Counted from the first letter of the whole stretch, positions 23,867 through 37,044 are shown. The stretch: 63,738 nt of DNA, filler included, from Octopus bimaculoides (GCF_001194135.2; 8 parts of 7 records of this genome joined end to end with filler, not necessarily neighbours in it), one strand, 5' to 3'. Program-made: numbers and translations. Notes: generated from the letters alone by a model not told the origin.

Positions 23867-24689
23867 GTTACAAGTGGAAAGGCAAAGCGGAGAAGGGTGA
23901 GAGGTGGTAGACACAATATTTAGGGTTTAGAAGAGGATGTCAAGATATCTTAGTTTGCTGTAAGAAAAGGAAATTAAAATCTTATGGCCTTTTTTTGTTT
24001 GTTTGAAGGTTGAGCCCTTCTTTAGAGCTTTCCTTGCTTCACAACACTAATATACCTTGACTTTTGCTCTTTTCTCTTTTGACTCTTGTTCACAAAGACC
24101 AGCATACATCTCCTTGGATACTAGAAACTGAAAAGGAACAGATAAGAAGGGAGCAGAATTTTACAGTTAGTATAGTCAGAGAGAGAGAGAGAGAGAGAGA
24201 GAGGGAAAGAGTAGTTGTATTTGTGATATGGTGTAGGTGATGACCTCAAATGTAAGAGCAATGGACACATGGAGGGCAAAGTTGGAGGGCAGAGTGTGTA
24301 TTTGTAGCTTTAGAATCTAAGATGTGGAAATATGAAGGATAGATGGGAAATGGGGTAGGCAGGTCCGTAAAAAGGACCGGTAAGTGATCAGATAGCTTGA
24401 GTTAGTCATATTATCATTGTCTATGTACAGTTTTGTTATTTTTTGTCCTCATTTATCTATTAGTGTTTTCTTATATAGGCACAGAGGCCAACATTTGCAG
24501 GAGAGAGAAAGAGAATAGAGAGAGAGAGAGAGAGAGAGAGATGAGTACAAATATACATATATATATATCTACATATATATATATCTATATCTATATATAA
24601 ATATGTATGTATATACATACATATAAACACACAATTCGTAGCTGATTGAATCAACACAGCACATTTACTGAGTTTTTATATTTTTTTTA

Positions 24690-24830
24690 TTGACCCTGCA
24701 GGGATGAAAGATGAAAGGCGAAGTCAGCCCTGACGGGATTTTGAACTCAGAAGTCGTAGAGGGTTGAAAACTAAATACTGTAAGGCAATTAGTCCAGCAC
24801 CTCTACCATTTCTGCCAACTCACCGCCATT
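24690..24830 (-). mobile_element. SINE family C fragment
   Basis: ttattgaccctgcagggatgaaag...gattttgaactcagaa...ttctgccaactcaccgcc. Confidence 0.7.
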
Positions 24831-25466
24831 CAGTACTGGGATCAAACTGAGGAGAAAAAAATATATTAAATGTAGAAATATCAACACAGCCTGATAGGAA
24901 AAAAAAAAAAAGAAACAAAATTGTTAAATTATGCATCTGGAAGTGCATGTGTGTTTGTCTATGTCTGTGTTTTGATGTTTTATGTTAATCAGTATTGTAT
25001 GATTATCAAATTACTTTCAAAATTATTGTTGGCTTTCTTTTACCATTTCATATACATACATACATATATGTATATATGTATATANNNNNNNNNNNNNNNN
25101 NNNNNNNNNNNNNNNNNNNNNNNNNNNNNNNNNNNNNNNNNNNNNNNNNNNNNNNNNNNNNNNNNNNNNNNNNNNNNNNNNNNNNNNNNNNNNNNNNNNN
25201 NNNNNNNNNNNNNNNNNNNNNNNNNNNNNNNNNNNNNNNNNNNNNNNNNNNNNNNNNNNNNNNNNNNNNNNNNNNNNNNNNNNNNNNNNNNNNNNNNNNN
25301 NNNNNNNNNNNNNNNNNNNNNNNNNNNNNNNNNNNNNNNNNNNNNNNNNNNNNNNNNNNNNNNNNNNNNNNNNNNNNNNNNNNNNNNNNNNNNNNNNNNN
25401 NNNNNNNNNNNNNNNNNNNNNNNNNNNNNNNNNNNNNNNNNNNNNNNNNNNNNNNNNNNNNNNNNN

Positions 25467-25515
<49 letters not shown>

Positions 25516-25690
25516 ATTTATGTAAAACACATGTTTAAAAATATATTTAAATAAATAATCAATAAATATATATCTGCATTTATGTATATATATATATCTA
25601 TATACATGTATTTATGCATATACATATGTATATATATATATACAACACACACACATATATATATATACAATATATAAATATATATGTACA

Positions 25691-25733
<43 letters not shown>

Positions 25734-26311
25734 AATACATGTGTGTCTATATATATATGTATGTATATTGTAAAGACAAACACGCATACGCACATACACA
25801 CACACACATACATATATATTATATAATATTATATGTATGTCTGAGAAACAGTATATATGTGCCAGATGCATGACAAAAAAAAAAAAATTCCGAAAAATTA
25901 AAAGCAAAACATAAAACACACTTTTCAAAGTTATGAATGTTGTTGTTGTTGTTCTTGTTAATAACTGCTTAAAGAAAAATTAATATTAAATTATTTTTTT
26001 CAAAATTTCTTTTTACAGTAAAATTTGCGTTTGGTTTGTTTCCTTCTTCTGTCTTTATCTTTCAAATATAAATATTATTTGTTGCTGTTTGTTATTTTTG
26101 CTGTCCTTTTCCTAAATATTTCTCTATAGAAATCATTATTTTCGTTCTCATATTTTTAGTTATTTGAACACCAAAATACAAAGAGTTTCCTTTGACTTCC
26201 ATGAGCAAATTTTTTTTTCATTTCTGTTCTTCATTCTTAAATTAAATAGTTAAATAATTAGTGAGATGTATTATTACAGAAATATATATATATATACATA
26301 GATGTATATTT

Positions 26312-26345
<34 letters not shown>

Positions 26346-26364
26346 GTATATATACACATATATG

Positions 26365-26405
<41 letters not shown>

Positions 26406-26566
26406 TTCTGATTTGATCAAAGGCTATTCTTCCTGACATATAATTTTCTCCGATTTAAAAAAGTTTTTTTTGTTTCTTACTAGTGCCTTTTTGTTAAAAT
26501 AACAAAAAAACATATCAGTCTCCCGCTTAATTATTTACATACATATGCAAATAATATATATATATG

Positions 26567-26598
<32 letters not shown>

Positions 26599-26812
26599 TA
26601 GATATGTGTGTGTGTATGTATGTGTATATGTGCGCATGTGTGTGTTGCAGAAATCGAAAACAAATCTTGTAACAATTATAACATTTTTTTTTTTCTCTCT
26701 CTCTCCTGTTTGTTCCTTGCCTGCAGCAGAAAAAAAAAAAAAAAAAAAANNNNNNNNNNNNNNNNNNNNNNNNNNNNNNNNNNNNNNNNNNNNNNNNNNN
26801 NNNNNNNNNNNN

Positions 26813-26980
26813 ATATATATATATATATATATAGATATGTGTGTGTGTATGTATGTGTATATGTGCGCATGTGTGTGTTGCAGAAATCGAAAACAAATCT
26901 TGTAACAATTATAACATTTTTTTTTTTCTCTCTCTCTCCTGTTTGTTCCTTGCCTGCAGCAGAAAAAAAAAAAAAAAAAA
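26813..26980. other. Identical duplicate of the ~170 bp before a 63-N gap (probable assembly false duplication)
   Basis: ...gatatgtgtgtgtg...gcagaaatcgaaaacaaatcttgtaac...gcctgcagcagaaaa occurs identically at ~26582-26749 and 26813-26980. Confidence 0.85.
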
Positions 26981-27644
26981 GATAAAACCATCAATATTAA
27001 GTTTGCATGTCAGCTCCAACTATTTCAAGTCAGTCTTTTGACAATCTCCAGCAACAAGCTAACGTTAGAATTCTCCTCAACAAACATTAGGAAAAGGTGA
27101 TTCAAGTTCATTCTTGGCTGGAATACATACATACGGCACAATCATAGATGCTTTCCACTTTTTGGGAACAAACTCAGGGCACACAAGGGAACTTGATTAG
27201 GTCTGAGAAGTCTTCATAGAGTACCAAGCATCTGATCATCATCGTAATCATCATCATCGTCGTCGTCGTCGTCGTCATCATCATCATCATCTTCATCGTC
27301 ATCATCATCGTAATCATCATCATAATTATCATCATCATCATTGTTGTCATTTTTGTCAACATTTATCATCTCTGAGGAATTATCCTTGCTAGTTAATGCC
27401 TGTACACCAGCTGAATTCAGCAGTTTTTTCCTATCAAGACAGAAGGTTGAAGAACATGGTGGCTAAACTGACATTCAGAGCAACCAGTAACACAAGCAGT
27501 TGTCTTTGCTGACACCAATCCTGTAAATGAACAAAAACAAAAACAAAAATAAAAATGAGATTGAGGACGAAAAGAAATACAGAAGAACTAGTATAGAATT
27601 TACTTTTCATCTTAGAGACTAAAATAAATATTTGCAACTAAATT

Positions 27645-28030
27645 GACTTTTGGAATAGCCAGAAAGAGTTTGAACATTATTATCTCCAAATGCTGCTGTG
27701 AGCGCTACATTAGTTGGACAATGTGGAAAATATTCCATAAATAAAGTCAAAATGATGTTGGTATCAAGTTCACATATCACCCAAGATTTGGCCCCAGAAT
27801 TATATGCCCTCTACAAAAATTAAGCTCACATTACATAACATTGCATCAAAACGTTTTTATCACAACTGGTTCAGCCTTATTCAGTGTTATTTCAGAAAAA
27901 AAAAAGAATCAAAGAAGGAAATGACCCTATAACATTCAAATGATACCTGGACAAATTCCTCCAAGAAATACCAGATAAACCATTGACACCTGGGTACATC
28001 TTAGCAGGCAACTACTTCCAGTTTAAACGG
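27645..28030 (+). pseudogene. CR1/L2-group LINE ORF2 C-terminal relic
   Basis: Manual translation: DFWNSQKEF..YLQ / CERYISWTMWKIFHK*SQNDVGIKFTYHPRFGPR...GSALFSVIS / GNDPITFK*YLDKFLQEIPDKPLTPGY. This resembles YWERL..L.LYSL.RRRERY...WKI and FK..LDKFL..IPD.P...GY motifs. Confidence 0.65.
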
Positions 28031-28071
28031 GTCGGGTCTTTCTAAAACATGATTAAAAGACTACCATATAT

Positions 28072-28214
28072 ATGACGGGCTTCTTTCAGTTTCTGTCTAC
28101 CAAATCCACTCACAATAGTAGAAGACACTTGCCCAAGGTGCCACGCAGTGGGACTGAACCTGGAACCATGTGGTTGGTAAGCAAGCTACTTACTACTCAG
28201 CCACTCCTGAGCCT
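28072..28214 (-). mobile_element. SINE family A, 5' half
   Basis: gacgggcttctttcagtttctgtctaccaaatccactcaca...cttgcccaaggtgccacgcagtgggactgaac...cagccactcctgagcct. Confidence 0.85.
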
Positions 28215-28266
28215 ATATATGTCTATATATATATATATATGCATATATTTACATATGTATTTATAT

Positions 28267-28310
<44 letters not shown>

Positions 28311-28543
28311 AGCCTTAGGGGTCAGCCACATTTAAGTGGCAAATATACTTCACCTTGTCATGCAGTTACTGTTAATACCTCGTTCAGAGATTTAACACAT
28401 GTTGCATGATCAGCAAGAATGATCATACGCTATGGTACTGACTTCTCAAAACCATGTCAGTACTGAAAGCTAAATAGTAAATCTCTGAACCAATATTGCT
28501 ACTGTTGCTGCTTATAGTTTAGTCATACTCATGATGAGAGAAT

Positions 28544-28862
28544 GTGTGTGGCTTAGTGGTTAAGATCTTCAGCTCATGGTCATAAGGTTGTAAGTTCAAT
28601 TCACAGTGATGTGGTGTATCCTTGAGCAAGACATTTTATTTCATGCTGCTTCAGTCAGCTCAGTTGGCAAAAATGAGTGGTACCTGTGTTTTAAAGGGCC
28701 AGACTTGTCACATTCTGTGTCATACTGAATCTTCTTGTGAACTACATCAAAGATATGAATGTCTGTGGAGTGCTTAGCAACTTGCACGTTAATTTCACGA
28801 GGAGGTTGTTCTGTTGAATCAGATCAACTGAATCCCTTCTTATCATAACCAATAGAGTGACA
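28544..28862 (+). mobile_element. SINE family B, diverged
   Basis: gtggcttagtggttaag...gtaagttcaattc...ccttgagcaagaca...aaagggccagacttgtcaca...tgtggagtgct...ttgcacgttaatttcacga. Confidence 0.8.
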
Positions 28863-29752
28863 GTTTACTCATGATAAGAATATATAAGATAGAGAAATGG
28901 AAAACTGAAGCTGAAGTAGGATGAGTAATAAAGAAGATTAATGGAACAAAGGAAATATACAAAGAGAGAGAGACACAGAGAGAGAGAAAGAAGAAGAAGC
29001 AGAATTATATGATTGCCTCAAATTGGTACTAATATATGGAGAGATTCGTCAGCTGAGAAGTGCAGAGTAAACATGTTGATATCACCTCCATGAAGACTGT
29101 AAGGTTTAAAACTCCACTTTACTAACAATAAATCTAATTTTCTAGCTTTTTGAGCATTTTCAAATGACTGAGATAGTAGGCAGCTGTTCTGCATTCAAAA
29201 TTATTATGAAATGAAGTACTGCTGAGATACTACTTGATGTTCAATTAAAATACATGCTTCAAGCAACATATATTGGCATCATTAATGGTAGGAATCTATC
29301 ATGTGAAATACCTATCAGAAATAAATACATACATATGTATGCATATAATATATATTTCCCTCATGCCAGCATGGAACATGGATGTTAAATGATGACGATC
29401 ATGTTGATGATATATATATATATATATATATATAGCAATAAGAAAATGGAGGGGTACAGGTGGTATTCATCAGCTTGCAGACATTGTACTGTGTCAATTT
29501 ACTTGTTTATTTGTTTACTAAAAGGACAATAATAACAATATACAAACACATGCGACATATGTCATATCAGTAATTAAAAAAAGACATATAGTGACAGAAA
29601 ATGGGATAATGACTTACAGCTGTTTCAGTCTAGTGTTGACATGCCTCATTCTATCTATATAACTGAATAACTAGATGTGAAGAGCCAGCTGTTATAATCG
29701 TAAATAACACTAATCTTTGGTATTGAGTGCTGTTTTACACTGCTTACCAGTA

Positions 29753-29808
<56 letters not shown>

Positions 29809-30063
29809 NNNNNNNNNNNNNNNNNNNNNNNNNNNNNNNNNNNNNNNNNNNNNNNNNNNNNNNNNNNNNNNNNNNNNNNNNNNNNNNNNNNNNNNNNNNN
29901 NNNNNNNNNNNNNNNNNNNNNNNNNNNNNNNNNNNNNNNNNNNNNNNNNNNNNNNNNNNNNNNNNNNNNNNNNNNNNNNNNNNNNNNNNNNNNNNNNNNN
30001 NNNNNNNNNNNNNNNNNNNNNNNNNNNNNNNNNNNNNNNNNNNNNNNNNNNNNNNNNNNNNNN

Positions 30064-30137
<74 letters not shown>

Positions 30138-30605
30138 AGATGGAGGTGGTGCATGCATGTGTTTGCATGTGTATGTAAGTATGCATATGTGTGTGTGAAA
30201 TCCTTGCCTTGACATCAGGCAGCAGTTGTAAATGAACATCAATCTTCTATGAAAACATGTCCAGCCATGGAGAAATATTTTCTTGCTTGGAAACAGGTGA
30301 GGATTTGTTGACAGGTAAGGCATCAAGCTGTAGAAAAATGTGAAGAATGGACGTACTCCAAGAGATAATCCAATGATGTAACATAATCCAGGGAGGTAAT
30401 CCAAGGTTTAAGATGATCCAAGAACTAGGTACTCCAGAGTATTAGTCAGATGGACATTTGATCCAGGCAAATATGGAAAAGTGGGTGATAATGATGATAT
30501 ACATATAGCCATGTATATACATATACCTAATATAATATATATATATATATATATACCTAAATATATATTTATGTGTATATTATATATAATGTATATGTAT
30601 ATTTA

Positions 30606-30637
<32 letters not shown>

Positions 30638-30892
30638 ATATATATACATACATACATAATTATATGTTTATACATATCTGTGGGTATATATCATCACTGT
30701 TCCAACATTAGCTTTTTCATGCCTGTATGGGCCAGATGGAATTCATTGAAGAAGAATTCCTACTATTGAATGCCTTTCCTGCAGCTAACCCTCATTTCCT
30801 TCCAAGTAAAGAATTATTTCCACAGAAAACTAGAAATGGATGACATAGATTCTATGACTGACCTTCACAAATATTACATGGTGTCACGACAA

Positions 30893-31062
30893 GGAGACAA
30901 AAAGATACACAAACACATACAATGGATCTCTTAGAGTTAACATTTGCCAAAACCGTTCATGAGGCTTTGGTTGACCCAGGGCTCTAGTTGAAAACACACA
31001 GTGATCTGAACCTGAAAGTGTGTGGTTGGGAAGCAACCACAGAGCAAAGCTTATGCCTATAG
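30893..31062 (-). mobile_element. SINE family A, strongly degraded
   Basis: gaggctttggttgacccagggct...gaaaacac...tgaacctg...tgtggttgggaagcaa. Confidence 0.55.
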
Positions 31063-31167
31063 ACACACATAGAAATATATATATATATAAATAGATAGAT
31101 GTGTGTGTGTGTGTATATACATATCTTATAAATATTATGTATAGTATATGTACATATACATAAAAAT

Positions 31168-31205
<38 letters not shown>

Positions 31206-31432
31206 GAAAGTGCAAATTCTTATGCCATAAGGAGCAGTGGAGCTGACTGACACAGTAGAATGCCAAACTGAAAGCCCAAATTAATTTTCTTGCAGTATGC
31301 TTCTGGATCAAGTTTCAGTAGTGCCATAATCAATTTCCATACCTCTGTGGTTAAATATGAGCAATAATAATAATAATGATATACCCACATTAATTGCAAC
31401 AACTATGGGGTACTAAGCTAATAAATCATTTG

Positions 31433-31532
31433 NNNNNNNNNNNNNNNNNNNNNNNNNNNNNNNNNNNNNNNNNNNNTTAATTAATTAANNNNNNNNNNNN
31501 NNNNNNNNNNNNNNNNNNNNNNNNNNNNNNNN
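31433..31532. other. Artificial scaffold join spacer
   Basis: 44N-TTAATTAATTAA-44N. Confidence 0.95.
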
Positions 31533-32165
31533 TATATATATATATATATATATATATATTTAGTGAGTGTGGTCACTAATTCATAGTATGAAAGTGTTCG
31601 AGGAAAAGTTCAATAAATGAGCTTTTGAGAAGCATGTGTAATGGAATATCAGAAGGCAGTTTCTAAACAAATAATTTAATTTATTAAATTATTACAAGAG
31701 CTAACAAATAAAAAGAGTATAGCCTGTGTGTAAGCACGAGTCAAGGAAAGCATTGTAATTTGCGTTTGAAAAATAGATTCAGTTGGAAGTCATTTTAAGT
31801 TAACAGAAAATGGAGTTAGCTTAAGTGAAAATATATGAAGCAGAGTGATGTCATCCAGAATTTCATGGAGCATGATGGGCAGAAATGAATGATGTATCAA
31901 GTTGAGAGTAGTTAAAAGTTTAGAGCCAGTGGCACAAAATTGCTGTGTAAAGCAATTTCTGCTTTTGCTAGTCCTCTGTTTTTCCGCAAACTGATTAAAA
32001 CTTCTGCTTTGTTTGATGGGTAGACAACTGCCTCGAGATTTTCAACACACCCAGCCTTGATTGGCTGGAGAATGCCATAGCACAACCATGCTATGATGTG
32101 ACAACTAAAATAGCTTTCTTGACATGCTATCCATCCATTCATCCATCCATCCATACATACATACA

Positions 32166-32468
32166 TTTGTCCTCAACTGTTTGGACTACTGCTCTCAACT
32201 GTGGTCATCCTACAATTTCAGATTAATAGCAGAACTTGAGGCAGTTCAGTAATGTAACACAAGGAAGATTGCATCAATGTAACAGCTGGGCTTCTGGGAA
32301 AGACTGAAAGAGCTATGACTCTACTATTTGGAGTGAAGACAGGAGAAGCATGCAGTGATATAAGTATGGAAAATACTGGAGGGGCTGGCGCCAAACTTTG
32401 GAATTGAGAGCTATACCAGATCCCAAATTGGACATCACAGCACTGTTCCAAAGGTCCCAAGCACACAA
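32166..32468 (+). pseudogene. CR1/L2-group LINE ORF2 post-RT relic
   Basis: Manual translation: LDYCSQLWSSYNFRLIAELEAVQ*CNTRKIASM*QLGFWERLKEL*LYYLE*RQEKHAVI*VWKILEGLAPNFGI. Confidence 0.75.
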
Positions 32469-32469
32469 C

Positions 32470-32645
32470 ACTCCCTTTGGGTAGGATGCCAGTCCATCGC
32501 AGGGCTGCTCGTTTACAACTGAATAGACTGAAGCAACATGGAAGTTTTATTACTCAGGAACACAACACCCCAGCCAGTCTAGGAATCGAAACCATGATCA
32601 TGTAATCATGAGTACAACACCCTAACCACTGGGTTACATGCCTTC
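32470..32645 (-). mobile_element. tRNA-headed SINE fragment (B-like head)
   Basis: ggaatcgaaacc...ccctaaccactggg (reverse-complement B and A boxes) and gggtaggatgccagtccatcgcaggg. Confidence 0.55.
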
Positions 32646-34334
32646 ATCTGTAAGCATATACCACAGTGAAATATAATTTACTGAGTCATGTCCATAACAA
32701 AGACATTTATTAATCAACAGCCCAGTCCACTTGGATGTAAACAGCCCAGACACAACCTTACAATTCACCATGATGTGAATCAGTTGTGCTGTAGCAATCA
32801 CAATAGGTTTGCAAAATAGGAGTAAAATGTTGATTAACTCTTGTAAGAAATAAAACCATCTGCCTTTCTAATAAATAGATCAACATCTTACTGAGGATAA
32901 GCGTTGTCTCACTACCACTTAATACCATGGCAACTGAAAATTTTCATCAAATCTATGATTACAGAAGAGATTAATTAATTTAGTGAGTTTATTAAGGGAG
33001 ATTTATCTGTTCCATTGAGTAAATCAAGAGATTCTCTATAGAAAGTTCTCTCCTATAGATTCATTTCATTTCCTGGGTTGGTTAAAGACAACTTCATAAG
33101 AACTCCCCCACTGCCTCCAATGTCCGTTGATGTAGTAGTAGTAGTAGTAGTAGTAGTGTGAGTAGTGGTGGTGGTGGTGGTGGTGGNNNNNNNNNNNNNN
33201 NNNNNNNNNNNNNNNNNNNNNNNNNNNNNNNNNNNNNNNNNNNNNNNNNNNNNNNNNNNNNNNNNNNNNNNNNNNNNNNNNNNNNNNNNNNNNNNNNNNN
33301 NNNNNTGGTGGTATTGGTGGTGGTGGTGGTGGTGGTGGTGGTGGTTGTAGTAGTAGTAGTAGTAGAAGCAGCAGCAGCAGCAGCAATAGTTTAACCCCAA
33401 GTCAGCTCTGGTTAAGCAAATCTATGATCAAAGGTGCCCCTGCAATAACTCTTTTATTTATCCTAATGTTGCGTTTCCTACCATGATGACAGTTGTATAT
33501 GATTTGAGGTGCTTTGGTTACTATTTCTAACAAGGAAAGTGACAGTATAGAGATTCCTTCATTGGCTTGTGTGTGGGACGTTGTCAATGTAAGATCTAGG
33601 CTGTAATGTTGGAAAGGACACCATTTTAGTTCCACAACCAGGAGGTTAAGGGCACTCAAAGATCAGTGTCTAGGGTTAAACAGAACAGTATGTTAGGCAT
33701 ACAACCTAGAGGCTAATGACAGCCAATGACCAATCTAAAGTGCCAAACTGGATTGTATGTTAGGTTTACTACAGCCTGGAGATGAAGAACAATCAAGGAC
33801 CATGAAGTAGGACTAAAGTGGGAAGCACATTTAGCCTGCTGTCTAAAATCTATGCTAAAAGTACCCCAGAATCAGGTATGATAGTATAGTAGAATAGTTT
33901 GCTTTCAATGAAATTGTTTTTACTGAAGCTTGTCTCTTTGAATTTGCTCATTGAAAGCAAATTAGTTTTATGAAGCTTGGCTGCTAACCATAAGGTTTTG
34001 AAGACAAATCAGACAACAACCGTTTTTACTATCGACTGACATAACTTATCTCTATTCTTTGATTTAACAGAAAAGCAACAGTTCTTTGCTATTATCTAAA
34101 GTCAATTTATTATTTGCTAAAGGATACGTAAATAAGACATTACGCTCATGAAAAGGGTGTAATAGTTGATCAACAGACTTAGAATGGCTATCACCACTTC
34201 ACAAGGAAGAGAAAGGATAAGAAATTGGCTGCTTGTTTCCTTCTGGGAAACAATTTTTGTCCAAAATGTTTAACTTTTTACATTCTTGTGAAGTCCTGTC
34301 AAACCATGTGAGATCAGAATTGTTGCCAATGTCA

Positions 34335-34537
34335 ATGTCAGGTCGATAGCACCTGTGCCAGTGGAACGTAAAAAGCACCCTATACACTCTTGGCGTGGTT
34401 GGTGGTAGGAAGGGCATCCAGCCGTAGAAACCATGCCAAATCAGACTGGAACTTGGAGCAGTTCCCTGGCTTACCAATTTTCAGTCAAGCTATCCAACCC
34501 ATACCAGCATGGAAAGTGGATGCTAAATGATGATGGT
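34335..34537 (+). mobile_element. RTE-type 3' tail element (family D) ending in (GAT)n
   Basis: taaaaagcaccc...acactcttggcgtggttgg...aggaagggcatccagccgtagaaacc...tccaacccataccagcatggaaagtggatgctaaatgatgatg. Confidence 0.8.
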
Positions 34538-34583
34538 ACTTTTCTCCATGAGGTAGAAATAGCTATTCCAAAAGCCTATTGAT

Positions 34584-35020
34584 CAATTGAAAATAGGACA
34601 GGAGAGTCATGGCTGGAAGGAATACCTTTGATTACAGGCCTACTAGATCAGGACTGACCAAGTGTAATAGTTTATTTCCTAATTCTTTAGGAAATAAAAA
34701 ATTGGCTGTCGACAATAGAAAAGAACCAAAACAACACATTAGACTAGATTACACCCAGTTATTTGATTACCTCCATGGCACAGGTTATCTCTGTTGGAAT
34801 GGACATGGGCTGCACAACAACAGTGTCGTCATCATCATCATTACAATCATCATCATGATCATCATTATCATCATCAACAGCAACAACATGAACACTAACA
34901 ACAAAAGCAACACAGCCTTTTCACAGTTGAATGGTTAGCAGCAGGATGTGCACCCAGCTGTAAATAAAATATCATTACTTAAATTAACCAGTCAACCCAG
35001 ACATACATGAAATATAAATT

Positions 35021-35059
<39 letters not shown>

Positions 35060-35170
35060 CTTCCTGGCCTCCTTAAATTTGCTGTTTAGTCCTTGGTCAG
35101 TCCTGATCTAGTAGGCCTGTAATCAAAGGTATTCTTTCCAGCCATGACTCTCCTGTCCTATTTCCAATTG
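34584..35170. repeat. 79-bp inverted repeat pair (77/79 identical) around a 429-bp spacer
   Basis: 34584-34662 versus reverse complement of 35092-35170, two mismatches. Confidence 0.95.
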
Positions 35171-35187
35171 TAATATATTTAGCATTA

Positions 35188-35330
35188 CTTCTGAGTTCAA
35201 ATTCCGCCGAGGTCGACTTTGCTTTTCATTCTTTCAGGGTTGATAAAATGAATACCAGTCATGCACTGAGGTCGATGTAATCAACTTACCCCATCCCCCA
35301 AAATCGCTGGCCTTGCACCAACATTTACCT
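35188..35330 (+). mobile_element. SINE family C, 3' part
   Basis: tgagttcaaattccgccgaggtcgactttgcttttcattctttcagggttgataaaat...gtcgatgtaatc. Confidence 0.85.
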
Positions 35331-35689
35331 TATCCAATGCCTGGTTTCATTTTTGAGGCAGTAAAGTACGATCTGAAAGCAGATTTGGCTGGTATTTCTT
35401 GCAGGCAGAGTAATAATGTTAAGCTATCCTCTTGGGCTTGTGTGTTGATATTAGCAGTGGTGGTGTTACGGTTTAGACACAGAGAAGACACACACAAATC
35501 TGCACATACACGCATATATGAGTGTTTATATATATATATGTGTGTGTGTGGGTGTGTGTGTGTGTGCATGTGTGTGGATGTGTGTGAGTGTATGCATGTA
35601 TGTATTCATACACACACATATACACACACACACAAAGAATCCATATATAGATGTGTACCTACCCATACTTTCAAGCAACAAATCCATGC

Positions 35690-35832
<143 letters not shown>

Positions 35833-35881
35833 GAAAACCACTGATCTACATATACAGAAGCAGAGATATAAATGATGACAA

Positions 35882-35913
<32 letters not shown>

Positions 35914-37023
35914 GGAATTTCTAGATTAGGTTTTCAGAAAGTATCACTGCGAATGATAAATGAATTGAACAAAACAATTAATCACCCCTTGCTATGAAAG
36001 TCCTTCGAAAATAGAAGCAGTTTTAGTCATATTTATGTACTATTATCTCTAAAGAGATATCAATAAATCTTGGTGATCAGCAGTACAGATGGAAGCTTCT
36101 GGAAATGTGTAAGATATATATATGTTTGTGTATGTATACATATATATATATNNNNNNNNNNNNNNNNNNNNNNNNNNNNNNNNNNNNNNNNNNNNNNNNN
36201 NNNNNNNNNNNNNNNNNNNNNNNNNNNNNNNNNNNNNNNNNNNNNNNNNNNNNNNNNNNNNNNNNNNNNNNNNNNNNNNNNNNNNNNNNNNNNNNNNNNN
36301 NNNNNNNNNNNNNNNNNNNNNNNNNNNNNNNNNNNNNNNNNNNNNNNNNNNNNNNNNNNNNNNNNNNNNNNNNNNNNNNNNNNNNNNNNNNNNNNNNNNN
36401 NNNNNNNNNNNNNNNNNNNNNNNNNNNNNNNNNNNNNNNNNNNNNNNNNNNNNNNNNNNNNNNNNNNNNNNNNNNNNNNNNNNNNNNNNNNNNNNNNNNN
36501 NNNNNNNNNNNNNNNNNNNNNNNNNNNNNNNNNNNNNNNNNNNNNNNNNNNNNNNNNNNNNNNNNNNNNNNNNNNNNNNNNNNNNNNNNNNNNNNNNNNN
36601 NNNNNNNNNNNNNNNNNNNNNNNNNNNNNNNNNNNNNNNNNNNNNNNNNNNNNNNNNNNNNNNNNNNNNNNNNNNNNNNNNNNNNNNNNNNNNNNNNNNN
36701 NNNNNNNAAATGTATGTATGTATGTATGTGTGTATGGATCACTCAATAAATGCATTTAAATAGAGTATCACATATATTATTAACATGGAGAAGGTTGACA
36801 CAGTCTTTGAAGTTTTGGCTTAGTTGCATTCATTACTGTCACTCCTGGGTTATTTATATACGTGTGTTTGTGCATGTGTATGTGTGTATGTATGTGTGTA
36901 TGCATGTATGTACATGTGCGTGTGTGTGTGTCCCCCCCGTCTGTCTGTGTGCATGTGTGTAGGATAATATTGTAGAATGTAGTTTGTATTTATGTACTGA
37001 CACCGTTTTTACACATGTTTCAG

Positions 37024-37044
37024 TGCTGATCCCAAAATGATTGT
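37024..37044 (+). other. Candidate 21-nt microexon (unverified)
   Basis: Branch point TACTGAC (A at -24), pyrimidine-rich tract, TTTCAG| acceptor, |GTAAGA donor. Only one frame is open (x-ADPKMI-x). No homology support. Confidence 0.3.

Noticed and set aside
26582-26980. Biological tandem duplication
   Set aside because: The copies are identical and sit on either side of a small gap, bounded by homopolymer and microsatellite runs. This is typical of unmerged contig overlap.
27100-27200. LINE RT fragment on the minus strand (SLVCPEFVPKKWKASMIVP)
   Set aside because: It resembles the VPxxWKxAxIxP motif but is too short and unsupported downstream to list as a feature.
31740-32140. Additional mariner/Tc1 relic on the minus strand
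   Set aside because: There is only vague similarity (LHSNFVP versus LHDNARP) and no SPDL or WVPHEL motif.
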